Shown: one piece after another, positions 62,501 through 64,000 of the stretch
Position numbering within the stretch: position 1 is the stretch's first letter
Layout: each line of letters begins with the position of its first letter
Source of the DNA: Eledone cirrhosa
Lineage: Eukaryota
Reading direction: 5' to 3'
Length of the DNA stretch: 64,000 nt
Assembly: GCA_964016885.1 (NCBI GenBank)
Contig: OZ024743.1
Location: 373,736,001 to 373,800,000, forward strand
The notes under the pieces: model-generated
Database searches by the model: none
What the model was told of the DNA's origin: nothing
What the model saw: the letters and a program-made list of their open reading frames with translations, nothing else
Translations under genes and position numbers: made by a program

Positions 62501-64000
62501 CTTCCTATTGTAATGGACAGTGACGTTGGCTTGTGGAGGGCTTCATCTTGTAGTCGACAGTGACATTGGCTTGGGGAGGAGTTCCTCTTGTAGTGGACAG
62601 TGACGTTGGCTTGTGGAGGGCTTCATCTTGTAGTGGACAGTGACGTTGACTTGGGGAGGACTTCCTCTTGTAGTGGACAGTGACGTTGGCTTGGGGAGGA
62701 CTTCCTCTTGTAGTGGACAGTGGCGTTGGCTTGTGGAGGGCTTCATCTTGTAGTGGATAGTGACGTTGGCTTGGGGAGGGCTTCATCTTGTAGTGGACAG
62801 TGACGTTGGCTTGGGGAGGACTTCCTCTTGTAGTGGACAGTGACGTTGGCTTGTGGAGGGCTTCATCTTGTAGTGGACAGTGACGTTGGCTTGGGGAGGG
62901 CTTCATCTTGTAGTGGACAGTGACGTTGGCTTGGGGAGGAGTTCCTCTTGTATTGGACACTGACGTTGGATGGGGAGGACTTCGTCTTGTAGTGGACAGT
63001 GACGTTGGCTTGGGGAGGAGTTCCTCTTGTAGTGGACAGTGACGTTGGCTTGGGGAGGACTCCCTCTTGTAGTGGACAGTTACCTTGGCTTGGGGAGGCC
63101 TTCATCTTGTAGTGGACAGTGACGTTGGCTTGGGGAGGACTTCCTCTTGTAGTGGACAGTGACGTTGGCTTGAGGAGGGATTCATCTTGTAGTGGACAGT
63201 GACGTTGGCTTGGGCAGGAGTTCATCTTGTAGTGGACAGTGACGTTGGCTTGTGGAGGGCTTCATCTTGTAGTGGACAGTGTCGTTGGCTTGGCGAGGAG
63301 TTCCTATTGTAGTGGACAGTGACGTTTGCTTGTGGAGGGCTTCATCTTGTAGTGGTCAGTGACGTTGGCTTGTGGAGGGCTTCATCTTGTAGTAGACAGC
63401 GACGTTGGCTTGTGGAGGGCTTCAACTTGTAGTGGACAGTGACGTTAGCTTGGGGGGAGTTCCTCTTGTAGTGGACAGTGACGTTGGCTTGTGGAGGGCT
63501 TCATCTTGTAGTGGACAGTGTCGTTGGCTTGGCGAGGAGTTCCTATTGTAGTGGACAGTGACGTTTGCTTGTGGAGGGCTTCATCTTGTAGTGGTCAGTG
63601 ACGTTGGCTTGTGGAGGGCTTCATCTTGTAGTGGACAGTGACGTTGGCTTGAGGAGGGATTCATCTTGTAGTGGACAGTGACGTTGGCTTGGGCAGGAGT
63701 TCATCTTGTAGTGGACAGTGACGTTGGCTTGGGGGAGGACTTCCTCTTGTAGTGGTCAGTGACGTTGGCTTGTGGAGGGCTTCATCTTGTAGTGGACAGT
63801 GACGTTGGCTTGGGGAGGAGTTCCTCTTGTAGTGGATAGTGACTTTGGCTTGTGGAGGGCTTCATCTTGTAGTGGACAGTGACGTTGGCTTGGGGAGCAC
63901 TTCCTCTTATAGTGGACAGTGATGTTGACTTGGGGAGGACTTCCTCTTGTAGTAGACAGCGACGTTGGCTTGTGGAGGGCTTCAAATTGTAGTGGACAGT
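53060..64000 (+). repeat. Three related 3.3-3.9-kb higher-order units with rearranged sub-blocks
   Basis: ATTGCGGAGGAGGTCAT at 54571, 58491 and ~61770. ORF offsets are 3919-3920 (53624>57543, 54265>58185), 3279 (58185>61464), 3399-3400 (59464>62863) and 4639 (55743>60382). Confidence 0.87.

Larger units (their letters stand above)
1..64000 (+). repeat. 40-bp tandem satellite array (~1,600 monomers), running off both window edges
   Basis: The core TCTTGTAGTGGACAGTGACGTTGGCTTG recurs every 40 bp (occasional 39/41-bp units, mostly G-tract indels) from first to last base in one orientation. The variable segment is mainly TGGAGGGCTTCA, GGGAGGAGTTCC, GGGAGGACTTCC, GGGAGGAGTTCA or GGGAGGGCTTCA. Confidence 0.99.

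Noticed and set aside
648-63985. Hundreds of minus-strand ORFs encoding Pro/Ser/Thr-rich, mucin-like or Cys/His-containing repeats
   Set aside because: Start and stop both come from the overlapping ATGA opposite TCAT. The recurring lengths 67/107/147/187/227 aa equal 27+40n, exactly as a 40-bp period predicts. All three frames give the same peptide, and 1-bp indels are tolerated.
1-64000. CRISPR array (28-bp constant repeat alternating with a variable segment)
   Set aside because: The variable segments are only 12 bp and are point variants of one sequence, not unique spacers. There is no leader or cas gene, and blocks are duplicated as in satellite DNA.
1-64000. CENP-B box (TTCG....A..CGGG)
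   Set aside because: Absent from the consensus. The rare TTCG variants (e.g. ~34080, ~59582) lack the downstream A and CGGG.
1-64000. Telomeric repeat or human PRDM9 13-mer motif
   Set aside because: There are no TTAGGG-like short tandem units. The minus-strand CCTCCCCAAGCCA mismatches three specified positions of CCNCCNTNNCCNC.
1-64000. Shine-Dalgarno-like GGAGG in every monomer, or an array of recombination sites/cassettes (integron- or shufflon-like)
   Set aside because: No plus-strand ORF follows GGAGG, and there are no cassettes, inversions or recombinase gene.
1-64000. Self-cleaving ribozyme satellite (hammerhead, as in newt satellite 2) or tRNA/snoRNA-derived repeat
   Set aside because: The hammerhead core CTGANGA...GAAA is not in the consensus on either strand, and no cloverleaf or box motifs are evident in a 40-bp unit.
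1-64000. Zinc-finger (PRDM9/C2H2) coding minisatellite
   Set aside because: C2H2 arrays have an in-frame 84-bp unit with CxxC...HxxxH spacing. This unit is 40 bp, out of frame, and typically has one Cys per 40 aa.

Overview
The whole 64,000-bp window is one uninterrupted, head-to-tail tandem array of a 40-bp satellite (about 1,600 monomers, 64,000/40). The + strand consensus is TCTTGTAGTGGACAGTGACGTTGGCTTG-[G/T]-GGAGG-[AG/AC/GC]-TTC-[C/A]: a highly conserved 28-bp core followed by a 12-bp segment that occurs as about five recurring haplotypes. I saw no unique sequence, inversion, transposon, RNA gene, CRISPR array or credible protein-coding gene. The listed ORFs are a by-product of the 40-bp period and an overlapping ATGA on the minus strand. 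The real content is nested higher-order structure: micro-units of 2-5 monomers; block duplications of about 0.64, 1.8, 2.8-3.1, 3.2 and 3.3-3.9 kb; a 12.6-kb duplication; and an apparently perfect 7,280-bp (182-monomer) tandem duplication with a mappable junction. These form successive domains with different diagnostic variants. CpG>TpG/CpA variants suggest a CpG-methylating eukaryote, and the array may be (peri)centromeric or subtelomeric (inference). I do not recognise the satellite family or the species. Offsets were read by eye from the sequence and ORF coordinates, not from an alignment.
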